The notes: generated by a model not told the origin, from the sequence alone. 64,000 bases of DNA from a bacterium (GCA_021813125.1 JAKALT010000004.1:7941-71940), one strand, 5' to 3'. Shown: positions 9,429-20,500, counted from the first letter of the stretch. Made by a program: numbers and translations.

Positions 9429-11407
9429 GGGAAAGGGCCTGCCCCTGCTTTATAATACTCTTTTGCCGCTGTGGCAGCCCCGTCCCTGTCAAATAGTTTC
9501 GGAGGGTCACAGGGTATACCATGCACAACACCATCGGCATCCGTGTATTGGCCACAATAAATTTTGTACATGGTTTCGTGGGCAGTGTCGAAATGTGTCA
9601 TGACGTAGGAATCGTCAATGCCAATAGGTGGGTCTGGCGGTGAGGGACAAGGGCCGGTATATGGTACCGGCCGACCACAATTGTGGTTTCCGCCTCCGTT
9701 ATAATATGACATTGCGCCGACCATTTCATTAAAAGTAGCCGGGGGGCGGTTTCCAAAACCAAGATAACCCATTTTAACTTTAATCAGGTCGCCGGCGTAA
9801 TATGCGGTGTCTTGAAGGCTACTGAATTTACAGCCTGAGTTCCAAGTCCCGCCATAAGCCGTACAGTCTGCCGCGCTTGTTACATCTGGCTCTATCTCCA
9901 TTCCGAGAGTTCGCCCGCTTATAAAGGAACCGTCGTCGTACCAGCTGGCTTCAACATAATCTAAGCCAACAAGTAATTCACAAGCAACCCCGCTTTTCTG
10001 GGCGCCGTATACTGCAGCTGGGACTACTTGACCAGGAGAGTTTAGCCTGTTGAGGATGGTTGGAGAAACAGCCCCCACCGAAGGTGGTATTGGATTGGGT
10101 AATAGATTGGAGAATCCTGATCCTGCCCCGCAACTGCCGAGTGCCAGCGATTCTATATCGTAGTAAACATTGAACACATTTATAATACTGGCGTTTTGAA
10201 AATCGGGCGTGTTTTGGGCTTGGGTTGTAAAGTTAAACTTAATCTGTGCATTTGCATCTATAGTTGATGGGCAACTGGGGGTTGGGGAAATTGTAAGGGG
10301 GGCGGTTGAACCATTACTTTTGACAAGTGTTGTTAAGTCTTCACAAGTAACATTTATAAGCTTTACGGATTTGGCGGTAAGAGTTACTTCGAAATTGATA
10401 GTTTTGGGCAGGTCAGAATTTTGGAGACTTGAAGGTGTTGCGGTTTTTGTGACCGTCAAATAAGCACTCCCCGGTGGCGGAATGATATTTTGGCTTTTAT
10501 CTGTTTGGGTTGTGGCAAATTTTCCTGGAGTCAGGACACCGTTGTTAATAATTGTCATGGTTGCGGCTGCCGCGACAGTAGTGCCTACCGAAATGGCTGC
10601 TATTTTGCCTACGGCTACTGTTGAACCTCCCGAGAGCATTCCGAGTAGGTTGCTGCCGACACTAAGTGCGCTGCTTAAAAGCGAGCCTCCGGCACTGGTG
10701 AGCCCGTTGACAAACCAAGATCCTAGGCTGGTGAAGGTGCTGCCAAGTCCGGACCAGAATCCACTAGTAGAGATACTGCCAATAGGTATACCCTCAATGC
10801 GGGATACTATGGGATCTATGACATAATTGCCTATAACGTAACCCGCGAGGCCGCCAAGAATAGCAAACCCCGTTATTATTATTGGGGCGGATATTACTGC
10901 GACCGGTACCAAAAGGCATCCAAAGATTGTTGCTGCACAGACTCCAACTGCAAACGAAATAAATGAGCCTGCTACGTAGGTACCAACAATGGTGCCCGCG
11001 CCCGCGCCGATGCCGGTTGAAACCAAGCCCGCAGCGCCTTGATCAAGACCGAGTGCAATTAGAGCCCCTGCTATCCCCAGTAGGGTTGCTCCACCCAGGA
11101 AACCAATTAGCGCTCCCAGAGGCGGGGCGACTATTAATGAAATGCCAAAGGTGTATGGAGCAAGCGCGATTCCAACTTGAATTCCTATATATCCACCCCA
11201 TATAGCGCCCCCGACCCCGCCTGCTGTAGCGCCAACTTTGAACCCAGAGAGTGCAACTTTACCTAGGTGGTTGGCCCATGCTAGTGCGGTTAAAAATGCG
11301 GCTGAAACTCCGAGTGTGAGGTATTTTGCCGCTTTTTTTGAAAACTCCGCTACCTGGCTTTCAGGATTTAAATTTTTAAGCTTTTTGAGGTTGTCTAAAA
11401 GAGACAT
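9425..11407 (-). CDS. Gly-rich multi-TM protein with C-terminal lysozyme/transglycosylase-like domain
   Basis: ~290 aa of GxxxG-rich hydrophobic helices, a beta-rich domain, then ELLVGLDYVEASW ... AMSYYNGGG resembling SLT/lysozyme-like motifs. Confidence 0.6.
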   Translation of the reverse strand: MSLLDNLKKLKNLNPESQVAEFSKKAAKYLTLGVSAAFLTALAWANHLGKVALSGFKVGATAGGVGGAIWGGYIGIQVGIALAPYTFGISLIVAPPLGALIGFLGGATLLGIAGALIALGLDQGAAGLVSTGIGAGAGTIVGTYVAGSFISFAVGVCAATIFGCLLVPVAVISAPIIITGFAILGGLAGYVIGNYVIDPIVSRIEGIPIGSISTSGFWSGLGSTFTSLGSWFVNGLTSAGGSLLSSALSVGSNLLGMLSGGSTVAVGKIAAISVGTTVAAAATMTIINNGVLTPGKFATTQTDKSQNIIPPPGSAYLTVTKTATPSSLQNSDLPKTINFEVTLTAKSVKLINVTCEDLTTLVKSNGSTAPLTISPTPSCPSTIDANAQIKFNFTTQAQNTPDFQNASIINVFNVYYDIESLALGSCGAGSGFSNLLPNPIPPSVGAVSPTILNRLNSPGQVVPAAVYGAQKSGVACELLVGLDYVEASWYDDGSFISGRTLGMEIEPDVTSAADCTAYGGTWNSGCKFSSLQDTAYYAGDLIKVKMGYLGFGNRPPATFNEMVGAMSYYNGGGNHNCGRPVPYTGPCPSPPDPPIGIDDSYVMTHFDTAHETMYKIYCGQYTDADGVVHGIPCDPPKLFDRDGAATAAKEYYKAGAGPFP

Positions 11408-11522
11408 GGGTTTCTATTTAAATATACTAGTATGCCTTACTCTAAAGCAAAGAGATTTTGGGTGCAGAGGATTTAAGAAGGATGAACGCTTGGGTTGGGG
11501 GTGCCGCTTGCGCAAGTTGGTG

Positions 11523-11570
11523 AAGGTCAGGCCTTTTTCCATGAGAGACCGATAGCTAAGGCCTGACCTT
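11523..11570. repeat. REPIN-like inverted repeat copy 1
   Basis: AAGGTCAGGCCTT-N22-AAGGCCTGACCTT, perfect 13-bp arms. Confidence 0.9.
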
Positions 11571-11602
11571 GGCTTGACTAGTGCTGTTGGTTGTGGTGCG
11601 GA

Positions 11603-13507
11603 TCACTGATTCAACGAAGTTGGGGGTGATTGGTTTCCGTCGGTGCCTTTAGTTGCTTGTTGGTTTGCGGCTGAGTCGCTTTCAAATTGCTTGACGATCT
11701 CTTCTTGCGTATGCTGTTCCATTTGTTTGAGCTCTTCGGGGTTTGTGGTTACAAGTGAATGCTCCTCTTCCGATGCCATGACACGGACTGCAACATGGTT
11801 GGGGCCGGCAAAGAATATACCTTCTCCAACGTCGGCCGCCAAAAGAAGGTGTCTTTCTCCTTCTGAAAGATAAAAAACTTCGGCAACTTTGTCGATTGCT
11901 GCAGGTGACTGTTTCAGCAAAATTTGAAATGATGAGTTGGTAACAATTGCTTTGCCGTAGTCTGTGCTTAGAAAGTCTTCGACGTCCTGAGAAATTGTAG
12001 TCAGACCAAGGTAGTATTTACGGGCTCGTTTGGCGATTGAATAAAGAAAGGTGGCGCTTTCGGGAAACTGCATCATATACCAAGCCTCGTCGACGACTAA
12101 GAGGCGTTTTCTGATGTCGTTTTTGATCCTGGTCCAGATGAAATCCAAAATAAGATACATGGCGATGGGTCTTAGCTCCTCCTCTAAACTTTTTACGGAA
12201 AAGACGGTGAAGGTGTTTCGGAGGTCGATATTCGACTGCTGGTTGAAGATGCCGATAAGTGAGCCTTTAACGAATTTTTCAATGCGGTCTGCAAGGCTTT
12301 TGGCCTCGACTTCTTCCATGCCGAGTAAAACTTTGTAAAGATCCTCCATAAGTGGCGGTTCGTTTTTCTGGGTTGATGGGTCGGGAGTTATCCCTTTTTG
12401 CCTGTAAGTGTCGACTAGGGCTTTATCCAAAACGGCATCTTCGGCAGGACTCATGTTACCCATGACGACTTTAAAAAATCCATGGAGGGAAAGAATTTTA
12501 AGGCCCAGTTCATTTTCGCCTTCTTCATAAACCCCGGAAAGGTCAAAGGGATTAATTTTAGCGGGAGAATCGAAGCTAAAGGTGATGTATTCGCCACCTA
12601 TAGCATTGCAGAGATTTTTATATTCTTCTTCCGGGTCAATGACGAGGACTTCTGTTCCAAACATCAGAGATCTTAGGGCTTCAAGTTTGACAAGGTACGA
12701 TTTCCCGGCACCGGATTTGGCAAAGATTACCGAATTGGCGTTTTCCTGGGTGAATCGGTCGAAAATGACCAGGGAGCCGTTGTGCTCGTTTATTCCATAC
12801 ATGATGCCGGTGTTGGATGTTAAAGATGAGGAAATAAACGGAAAAGTTGTGGCAAGAGATGTAGTGTCCATGTTACGGGTTATGTAGAGATGATCCGTTT
12901 GCTGGGGGAGAGTCGTTTTGAATGCATCTTCCATTTGTAATGTGGCGTGTTTGGGCACAAGAAGAAGGGCGCCCATGGTTGATTCAACCTGCTTGGTGAC
13001 CAAATCCAATTCTTCTTTAGAGTCAGCAGGGATAGTGACATAAAGACCGAATTGAAAGAATCGTTCCTGGCCTTTGACCAGCTCTTCCTGCAGGAGCTGG
13101 GCGTCTTCCAGGGCTGCCTGGACGGCCGGGTCGAGAACTTTGCCATGCTGGATGTCCGATGCTATTGTTGCCTCCATTTCGGTGACTTTGCGCTTAAGAT
13201 CGTCCAGAACTCCTTTGGCTTCAACGGGATATTGATACATGGAAATTTCCAGAGTGTGAACAAAGTTGATTAACGGTGAGAGCCAATTAGCCTGGACGTA
13301 TCTGGGATAACCAACGACAAAAAGGGTTCGAAAGTAGGTTGAGCCTATTTTAATGTAGTCGAAATCGACTTCGATTGCCGGCGGGGCAATAATGTCTTTA
13401 ACGGAGACAACGCCTTTTGAAAGAGTTTGCGACCATTGCTTTTCCTTGTCGCTCAAAAGCTCTTGAGGATTTTTGGCTTTGGGTTTTAGGATGTTGACTA
13501 AATTCAT
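11603..13507 (-). CDS. VirB4/TraC-like secretion ATPase
   Basis: Walker A FAKSGAGKS, IDPEEEY, INPFD, Walker B LLVVDEAW, KRARKY, TISQDV. Confidence 0.93.
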   Translation of the reverse strand: MNLVNILKPKAKNPQELLSDKEKQWSQTLSKGVVSVKDIIAPPAIEVDFDYIKIGSTYFRTLFVVGYPRYVQANWLSPLINFVHTLEISMYQYPVEAKGVLDDLKRKVTEMEATIASDIQHGKVLDPAVQAALEDAQLLQEELVKGQERFFQFGLYVTIPADSKEELDLVTKQVESTMGALLLVPKHATLQMEDAFKTTLPQQTDHLYITRNMDTTSLATTFPFISSSLTSNTGIMYGINEHNGSLVIFDRFTQENANSVIFAKSGAGKSYLVKLEALRSLMFGTEVLVIDPEEEYKNLCNAIGGEYITFSFDSPAKINPFDLSGVYEEGENELGLKILSLHGFFKVVMGNMSPAEDAVLDKALVDTYRQKGITPDPSTQKNEPPLMEDLYKVLLGMEEVEAKSLADRIEKFVKGSLIGIFNQQSNIDLRNTFTVFSVKSLEEELRPIAMYLILDFIWTRIKNDIRKRLLVVDEAWYMMQFPESATFLYSIAKRARKYYLGLTTISQDVEDFLSTDYGKAIVTNSSFQILLKQSPAAIDKVAEVFYLSEGERHLLLAADVGEGIFFAGPNHVAVRVMASEEEHSLVTTNPEELKQMEQHTQEEIVKQFESDSAANQQATKGTDGNQSPPTSLNQ

Positions 13508-14397
13508 TGTTGTGGCGGGTTTTGGTTTGGATTAAGTTGTTGCTCTCCGCGAATAGACTGGGCAGCTTTGGCGGTTGCCGTCTTAAGGTTTTCCAAAGCC
13601 TCCATTTGGGAAGGTGCAGGTGCCCGTTGGTTAATGTTTGGAAGGGAATCTGCGTAACCCGGTTGCGGTATCGGCTGGGAGGGTTCCTGGGTATAGGTTG
13701 GTTGCGGTTGAACCGGCGCTGGAGTTGGTACTTCCACCGCCGGTTCAACCATTGGTGTTGTGTAAGATGCTGAATCCAGAATTACCCTTTGAGTGCCTGT
13801 TGGCGCAGGATTATAGATGTCATAGAAGAGTTCAATTAGATCTTTTGTGGTTAGCTGCTTGGTTGTGAGACCAAGGCGGGCCGTCTGTTTTATTAAATGT
13901 TCCCGTTTTGGGGCAAGGGCAACTTTGGCGTCTTGGACCAGCTGTTCTTTATTGTTTGTTTTTACCGGTTTTTTGATGCCAGTTAAGCCAAGCTCGATTG
14001 GAGAAAAGCTGAGGACAAGATAAAAGCGTTTATCCAAAATGGTTTTTTGCTGAACGGTGGACTGGATAAAATCCATGTATTTTTGAATTTGACGCTTAAG
14101 GTCGGGATTCTGCTGGTTTCTTTCTGCTTCAACTAGATGTTGGTAATAGGCAGTGATGTCGGCTCTTTTGGATCGTATCAGAATTTGGATTGGAAACGTC
14201 AGCGAGTTTAAAAGGGCGCCATAAGCATAGATTGTGGCATCTTGTTCAGCTTCCGAGAGAATGTCGAAATTGACTGCAGTTGTTGCAAGGACCATGGCAA
14301 CCCAGCCTGTTTTTAAGATAACGAAGTCTTCGGTTATGTCTTCGATATCCAGATGTTCCTGGGTCGAAGCCTTAATTTTTTGGGCAGCTTGAGCCAT
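13504..14397 (-). CDS. Conserved T4SS-locus protein (VirB4-associated)
   Basis: STQEHLDIEDI...VNFDILSEAEQDA...LNSLTFPIQILIRS, typical of the gene preceding VirB4 in CPR T4SS loci. Pro/Gln-rich tail; translationally coupled to virB4. Confidence 0.75.
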   Translation of the reverse strand: MAQAAQKIKASTQEHLDIEDITEDFVILKTGWVAMVLATTAVNFDILSEAEQDATIYAYGALLNSLTFPIQILIRSKRADITAYYQHLVEAERNQQNPDLKRQIQKYMDFIQSTVQQKTILDKRFYLVLSFSPIELGLTGIKKPVKTNNKEQLVQDAKVALAPKREHLIKQTARLGLTTKQLTTKDLIELFYDIYNPAPTGTQRVILDSASYTTPMVEPAVEVPTPAPVQPQPTYTQEPSQPIPQPGYADSLPNINQRAPAPSQMEALENLKTATAKAAQSIRGEQQLNPNQNPPQQ

Positions 14398-15948
14398 TTA
14401 ATTTATCCTTTCTCCCCTGACTCCAATCGGGGCAAGCACTTGACCTGTTAGGTGAAGAGAAACCGGCTTAAAGGATGCAATGTCGCTTTCGGCTTCGATT
14501 GTGTAAGTGCCGCTAGACAAAGGGGTTGCAGAAAGAAACTGGCCAAGCTTGTTGGTTTTCAGGGCCCTTACCGGTATGCCGCTTTCGTCGCGGACCACCA
14601 GAACTGCTCCTTCGATCGGACTGCCTTTATCGTCGGTTACCAGGCCGGAAAGGACATTGGGTTTGTCGGTTAAGGGAATAATTTGAGCCTGCTGGACGCT
14701 CGGTGCAGCCTGAGTTTGTTGGTCTTTATCGGATATTGAAAACTGCGAAAATTCCCGTTTTTGCTGTTTTGGTTTTTCCTCCGTTTTCGGTGCGAGTTTA
14801 GCTGGATGCTGATCTGAATATTGGGTAGTTTCTTGCTTTGGCAGCTGTTTTGGTTGGACTTGAGGCTCAGTTGTTATTTGCGGCGCTGCTTGGACTTTTT
14901 CTTCCTGAATAGGCAGGACAACGGTTGGTGAGTTGTCTTCGAAATGGTATCTCTTTTTGAGCTCGTCGGAGATGTCAAATTTGCGCTCGCCGCGAATTGG
15001 AAGTTTGGAAAGGTCAAAATTGACAGGAGGTGCAAAGTGAAGTTTTCTGACTCTGGTATTACCCACTCCGTGAACAAGTCGAAATTGACCCTCGGAAATT
15101 TTGATAGGTATAACATTATCGAGTGAATAGTTGGTTTCCGATGCCAGATGAGCACTTGGCCTTGCCAGGTCAATTATTTCCTGAGGTTTGTGGTCCAGGC
15201 GCTTTTCGATGCCGGACAAGGTGAATTGTTTAGCTTGTGGCTGTATTTTTGCCCGAGTGAGGGCAGCGGGAGTCTTTTGGGAGATTATTTGTGGTCTCGG
15301 TTCGGGTTCCAAAACCGGAGCCGTTTGGCCTTGGGGAATTTCCTGAAGCGGACCGGAAACTTGCGGAAGTGACCCCAAAAGATAGCCGGACTCTCCTTGG
15401 CCGATCGCTACATATTTATCCTCCCAGGGACTTATCGGCCAAAGAATTGCAGGAGGTAGGTTACCTTCATACTGGCCGGCTGGGAAGCCAAGCCTGTCTA
15501 GTGCCAGTTGTTCTTTAATATCTAAGGAGGTGACGTTTTCTTTTGGAAGAGAACGTAGGTAGGCAATCATTCTTTCCCTGCCTTTTTCTGTTATTTCCTG
15601 GGGAATTTTAGCCTCTTTTTGGGGAGGTTTGGTGACCACGCTCAAAAAGCCCGGAATCCTTTTTTCTTTGATCCAAATCCTTTGGGTAGGGGCTGAGACC
15701 GCTTTGATAAAGGCAAAGATCCATTTATCAAAAGGCCTTCCACCGACAGGTACAAGAGCAATAAAAGCCCCGACGATGCCAATTGTTGCGGCCAAAGGCA
15801 AACGCAAAAGGGTTGGCAGGCCGGAAAAATAAACGAGTACGGCAATTGAAAGAGGGAATATTAAAGTTATAAACTGCCGTGCAGTGAGGTTGCCGAACAG
15901 TTTAAATTCAAAAGCCGCAATATGTTGCGGGACAGGATGCTGCTCCAT
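14398..15948 (-). CDS. PrgI family protein with C-terminal carboxypeptidase-regulatory-like (beta-sandwich) domain
   Basis: MEQHPVPQHIAAFEFKLFGNLTARQF plus two TMs and GRPFDKW (PrgI/VirB3-like). C-terminal LSGLVTDDKGSPIEGAVLVV...TNKLGQF...GTYTI. Confidence 0.8.
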   Translation of the reverse strand: MEQHPVPQHIAAFEFKLFGNLTARQFITLIFPLSIAVLVYFSGLPTLLRLPLAATIGIVGAFIALVPVGGRPFDKWIFAFIKAVSAPTQRIWIKEKRIPGFLSVVTKPPQKEAKIPQEITEKGRERMIAYLRSLPKENVTSLDIKEQLALDRLGFPAGQYEGNLPPAILWPISPWEDKYVAIGQGESGYLLGSLPQVSGPLQEIPQGQTAPVLEPEPRPQIISQKTPAALTRAKIQPQAKQFTLSGIEKRLDHKPQEIIDLARPSAHLASETNYSLDNVIPIKISEGQFRLVHGVGNTRVRKLHFAPPVNFDLSKLPIRGERKFDISDELKKRYHFEDNSPTVVLPIQEEKVQAAPQITTEPQVQPKQLPKQETTQYSDQHPAKLAPKTEEKPKQQKREFSQFSISDKDQQTQAAPSVQQAQIIPLTDKPNVLSGLVTDDKGSPIEGAVLVVRDESGIPVRALKTNKLGQFLSATPLSSGTYTIEAESDIASFKPVSLHLTGQVLAPIGVRGERIN

Positions 15949-15956
15949 AATAAATA

Positions 15957-16030
15957 AAATTCGAAATTCGAAATCCTAAATTCGAAAATTCTGATTTGTT
16001 CCGTGTTTCGATTTTCGCGCTTCGGATTTT
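15957..16030. repeat. Heptamer tandem repeats forming an imperfect hairpin
   Basis: AAATTCG AAATTCG AAATCCT AAATTCG followed by near-complementary CGTGTTT CGATTTT CGCGCTT CGGATTT. Confidence 0.75.
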
Positions 16031-16155
16031 TAGCCTATGGCTACCATAGCATATGAAACAAGAGGGTAAAAGTAGCGCACTTAGCCTCGAAAGTTGAGAA
16101 TTTTCACAAAAAATTAGTGATATGGTGGGATATCTTTTGGTCAGTAGAAGTTGTT

Positions 16156-16203
16156 AAGGTCAGGCCTTTTTCTTGCAAGAGGCGTTGGTTAAGGCCAGAC
16201 TTT
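16156..16203. repeat. REPIN-like inverted repeat copy 2
   Basis: AAGGTCAGGCCTT-N22-AAGGCCAGACTTT. Confidence 0.88.
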
Positions 16204-16219
16204 TGCCAGGGATGGCTAT

Positions 16220-17476
16220 TTACGGTTCAAATTTAAGGCCTCGGCCTTTTACGGTCTGGATGTGTACAGGCTTGGCGGGTTCGTCTTCGATTTTCTTTCT
16301 AAGCCTGAAGACCATTTGATCTATTGCCTCATCACTTATTGCTTCCGAAGACTGGGTTTGTGGCCAGACGGCCTTTATGATCTGGTCCCGGTCGAGAACT
16401 TTTTTGGGATTTTCAATTAGAAACTTGAGCAGGCGATATTCCTGAGGAGAAAGAAGTTCGGAGATTATACTTTCCCCCTTTTTAATTTCGTTGGTTTGGG
16501 CGTCAAAAACAATCTTAGTTTGGAGATTTAATTTGGTTGTCTTTATAAATTCCTCAAAGATGGGGATAGTGATTTTATTTTGGTATGAAATTAGATCTAA
16601 ATTGATTAGAGTTTCGTCTATCTGGCTTGGAGTTTTACCCTGGGTAATTGTTAAAAGAGTTTGCTGTTCGACGCCGGTTAGAAATAGCCAAATTTCGTAT
16701 AAAGCCGCTTGTATTTGGTGATTTTTTAAAAGTTGGTTGGTTGTTGGGTCAACATTTTGGCCAAGAATAAGATCTGCTGCGATTTTGGTAAGTTTAGCAT
16801 GGCCACCTGTTATTTTGGTGATTTTGGACTTTTCGTCTTCCTTAAGCTTTTTGGAAAAAACTGCCTCAATTTGGGCAAAAAGATGGTTCAGGGCTGATTT
16901 CTCAAAGATTTTTAGGTAAATGGTATTGCCGATAAAAAAGTCCCAGTACTCTTTGAGGATTTCTTCATCAACCAGACCTGACAGATCTCTTCTGGTTGCA
17001 AAAACCACCGAGAATTTGTATTTAGCGATATTTTTGAGGTTTTTTAAGGTTTGGAAAAAAAACCTGGGAAGTTGGTTTTGGAACTCGTCAAAATGGTCAA
17101 GCAGAAAGATTAAGGTTTGACCCAAATCAGATAATTTATTGACTTCCTCTGAGAGCTGCTTAGTTAAAATTAATTGATCGTCGAGGCTTTTGGGGTCTTG
17201 GTCCATGGCAACTATAAGAAACCTCAAGATTTGAGTGTCGGTTAATTCTGAGAGTTCGAGCAGATTTAGGTATACAAAACGCAGGTTTTTTTCTTTTTCG
17301 CCGAGATGAAACCTCAAAAGGCTACGGTTGTGGGCCAGAAGCCTAAGGATTGTGGCCTTGCCGGCACCGGGAATGCAGATTAGCTGGCAAAATTTGCCGG
17401 TTGTAACGCAGTCTAGAACGGACTTGATTTCTGTTTTTCTAAAATCGTCAGGAAAAGCAGACTCAAAAATTTTCAC
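16220..17476 (-). CDS. P-loop NTPase fused to C-terminal OmpR/PhoB-type winged-helix domain
   Basis: Degenerate Walker A IPGAGKAT, Walker B LIFLLDHFDE. C-terminal LSPQEYRLLKFL...DRDQIIKAVW...AIDQMVFRLRKKIE...IQTVKGRG (Trans_reg_C). Confidence 0.85.
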   Translation of the reverse strand: MKIFESAFPDDFRKTEIKSVLDCVTTGKFCQLICIPGAGKATILRLLAHNRSLLRFHLGEKEKNLRFVYLNLLELSELTDTQILRFLIVAMDQDPKSLDDQLILTKQLSEEVNKLSDLGQTLIFLLDHFDEFQNQLPRFFFQTLKNLKNIAKYKFSVVFATRRDLSGLVDEEILKEYWDFFIGNTIYLKIFEKSALNHLFAQIEAVFSKKLKEDEKSKITKITGGHAKLTKIAADLILGQNVDPTTNQLLKNHQIQAALYEIWLFLTGVEQQTLLTITQGKTPSQIDETLINLDLISYQNKITIPIFEEFIKTTKLNLQTKIVFDAQTNEIKKGESIISELLSPQEYRLLKFLIENPKKVLDRDQIIKAVWPQTQSSEAISDEAIDQMVFRLRKKIEDEPAKPVHIQTVKGRGLKFEP

Positions 17477-17491
17477 TTAGTAATTATACCG

Positions 17492-17510
17492 CTGTTAGCT
17501 TCCTGTTAGC
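17492..17510. promoter_or_regulatory. Tandem CTGTTAGC x2 with 11-bp period (candidate winged-helix operator)
   Basis: CTGTTAGC at 17492-17499 and 17503-17510 in the 80-bp divergent intergenic region. Confidence 0.5.
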
Positions 17511-17556
17511 CAAATATCAAGCACAAACGTCTCTAGTTGGTTAATCTACGTGCAAC

Positions 17557-20500
17557 ATGGCTGAGCGAATTGTTGCATATGATGGCCAAAACGGCTACGC
17601 TCAAGATAGAGGTTTATTTAGTATGCCAGGCAAAGAGCCAGGTGAAACTCCGCGTCCAGAAATAACTCCACCAATAAAGCAGCCAAGAGGAGAAGCGCCG
17701 CAATTACTGGGTGGAGGTTTGGTGGATGAGCTTAGGAAAATTCAGGAACAATTAGGCAGACCTGAAGACAGGGCCGAAAAGCCTGAGGCTGACGAAGGAA
17801 GCCAAGCACGTAAAAGGTACAGGAGGCGAGGCCTGGAGCCTCGAGTGCCCAATGCTCCAGCTTCCGAGCCAACGATTGTGCCTACTGCCAAGGACCCCGT
17901 AATCATTCCCAGCTTTCCACATTTCGAGAACTGCTCTTCTGAACAGATTAAGGCAACGCTTGAAAGGCACGGTGTTAAAGTAGATGTTCCTTCGGAAGAA
18001 GAGTGGCGAAAAATGAATAAGCTTGAAAAAGCCAGGTGGGCTGAAAGCCATCACATTATCAACGTGACGGCAATTCCAGACGAAGTCACTGTTGCAAAAT
18101 CAACAAAGGGCGGCATTATTATAAGCGGCTTGAGGGAAGATTCCGCTGTGAACTCGCGTTATTTGGAAGAAGTTATTAAACAGTCGGGCCTGGAATTTGA
18201 TGTCGAGTTTCCGAAGGGATTTGATGAGAAGAGCTACAAGGATAAGCTTCGTTGGTGTAAAGACCATGGCTTAAAAATTGGCCCTGCCATTGCTGGCGCC
18301 GAGGTTGTGGGTACAGCTGTCCCGGTGCCTCCGCCCGCAATGTATGACGATAACGACAAGGTCGATGTAGCGACCGCGTACAGAAGGCTTGGAAAAATAA
18401 GAGATTCGGCCGAGCGGCTTGGTGTTACCCCTAATGTAACCGATATAGATCAGCTTCAAAGCAGAATAAGAAGTATTGATGCGCAAAGGAGGATTGCAGA
18501 ACTTGGTTCCAAGGAAGAAATCGAAAATAGATTAATCGAGCTTCAGCATATTGAAGCCAGATTTGGGCCAGTCGATTTTAAGGTAAAAGGTTTTGATGAA
18601 GAACAGAAGCTTCTTTACGAGATGATGAGAGTTTCAATTAACAAAGACGGCAGAATAAACGATGTTTTAGAAACGCTCCGAAACCTTGAAATCCAAATAG
18701 ATAAGGGAGAAATTTCAGCAGACGATCCCGAATACCGTGTCTGGAGAGGATATCTTAACCATATTTTGGGTCATGTTAGAACGAGCGAGGGGATCAAGAG
18801 AAATTTTCGTTTCGTTTTTAATGCATCAAAGGCGATTGATGACTTTGCAAAAGTCAATCATGATGGAGGAACTGATGTCCTCTTGAATAGGGTTATTTCA
18901 AAAAAAGAAAGAGATGATGTCCGTGATGCAACAGATAGTATTGACGCACACTTTCAAGGGAAAGAAGCTGCGTACAAGAATCCGGGGAAGAGGGATGCGT
19001 TAAGAACTCTTTACGAAGAGGTCGACACAGCAGCTACATCTTACAGAAGTTCTATTACATACGGTAGTTTGACTGGGATGAAAGACGTCGAAACGAGATT
19101 GTTCGACGTAGAAGGGGCGCCTGTTTACGAAGCGGCCAAAAATGAGCAAGCCGGCGAAAAAGGTTTAGTCGAATGGCATGCTGTTAAGACGCTTGAGGAG
19201 ATGAACATCCAGCAGATTGGTCAAAACGAAATGGATGTACCCTTGGATTGGCATGATTCAAAACGTAACGTGGACAATAACTTAAGGTATGCCGAATCCG
19301 GCGACTTCTCGGAACAAGACCTTAGGGCAATTCAGGATAGAATCAGCAAAATCCAATCTTCGTTGGCTCAGCGTGTTAATCAGATGAAGGGTGAAAGCGA
19401 AGCTGAAAAGGAAGAAAGAGGAAATGCGGAAGATATGCTTTCTGACATTAATGACCTTAAAGACGCTGTTTTGGCAATATACGATTTGAGGCTTGCGATG
19501 GAGGGTAAGGATATGAATCCTGAGGAGGTTGTGCAGCATTTTGGGAGCCACATTTGGAAGGACACCACTTTCCAGACGTATTTCAAGCGGTTTGCTAAAG
19601 ATGAAAATAACCAAGCTTTCAGGGACGGGAAAGGAGAATTCAATATTCAAGACAGGGCAATGCAAGTACTTTTCAAACAACTAGCACAAGAGAGGCGAGA
19701 TTTGAACCTACTGGAGGCTATGACTATAGTCGATATTACAACTGAGTTTAAACCTGGCGATGCAAGGTACGCTGAGATGGCGAGAATCATGGGTAGGGGC
19801 AATAGAACTAATGCATTTTCGCCGGACGAGGTGAAAAAAATAGAAGAGTTAAGAAAAGCAATGTATAGAGGTATGGAGAAACACCATTACAATCCAGGTG
19901 ATTGGGGTCAGGGCAATAGCAGCGAGATGTTGCAGGAAACGGGCCAAATGAAGGATGTTATTAATGACTGGTACAGAAATAACACATTTCTTGGAGCTTA
20001 CGGGACTTATGAAGGGGACGACCCTAAATATCAAGGGAAACAAAATATCGATTTTTTTAGAGGCAAGTTACTAGATGATTTTGAAGCCCGGCTTGTTGCT
20101 GATGGTGTAGATAAGGGTTCTATAGCAGAATACAAAAATTCGGGTCTTTTGAATCAGGTTGTTAACAATGCTTATCACCTCTCTTTTAGTTTGGGTGCTT
20201 TTTCTGACTATGACGGAATCCGTGTCTGGGACAGGAAAGCTGTTTGGTTTACAAACGAACAGCGCGGAGAAGTTTATAGGTTAGGTTCATACGTCTTTAA
20301 CAACGGTTCCAGCTGGTTCCATGGCCGAATGGTAGACCATTATACAGAATTTTTACAGGACGAATTTCGAGGTAGGCCGAGGGATGCCAATTTTGAGTTC
20401 ACAAAAAATATGATTGGTAAGAACAGATCAGTTTTAGGGCATAACCGTCTTCTTTCCAAAATAATACTGGACAATTTAAGCCAGGGATCAGTTGATCCAA

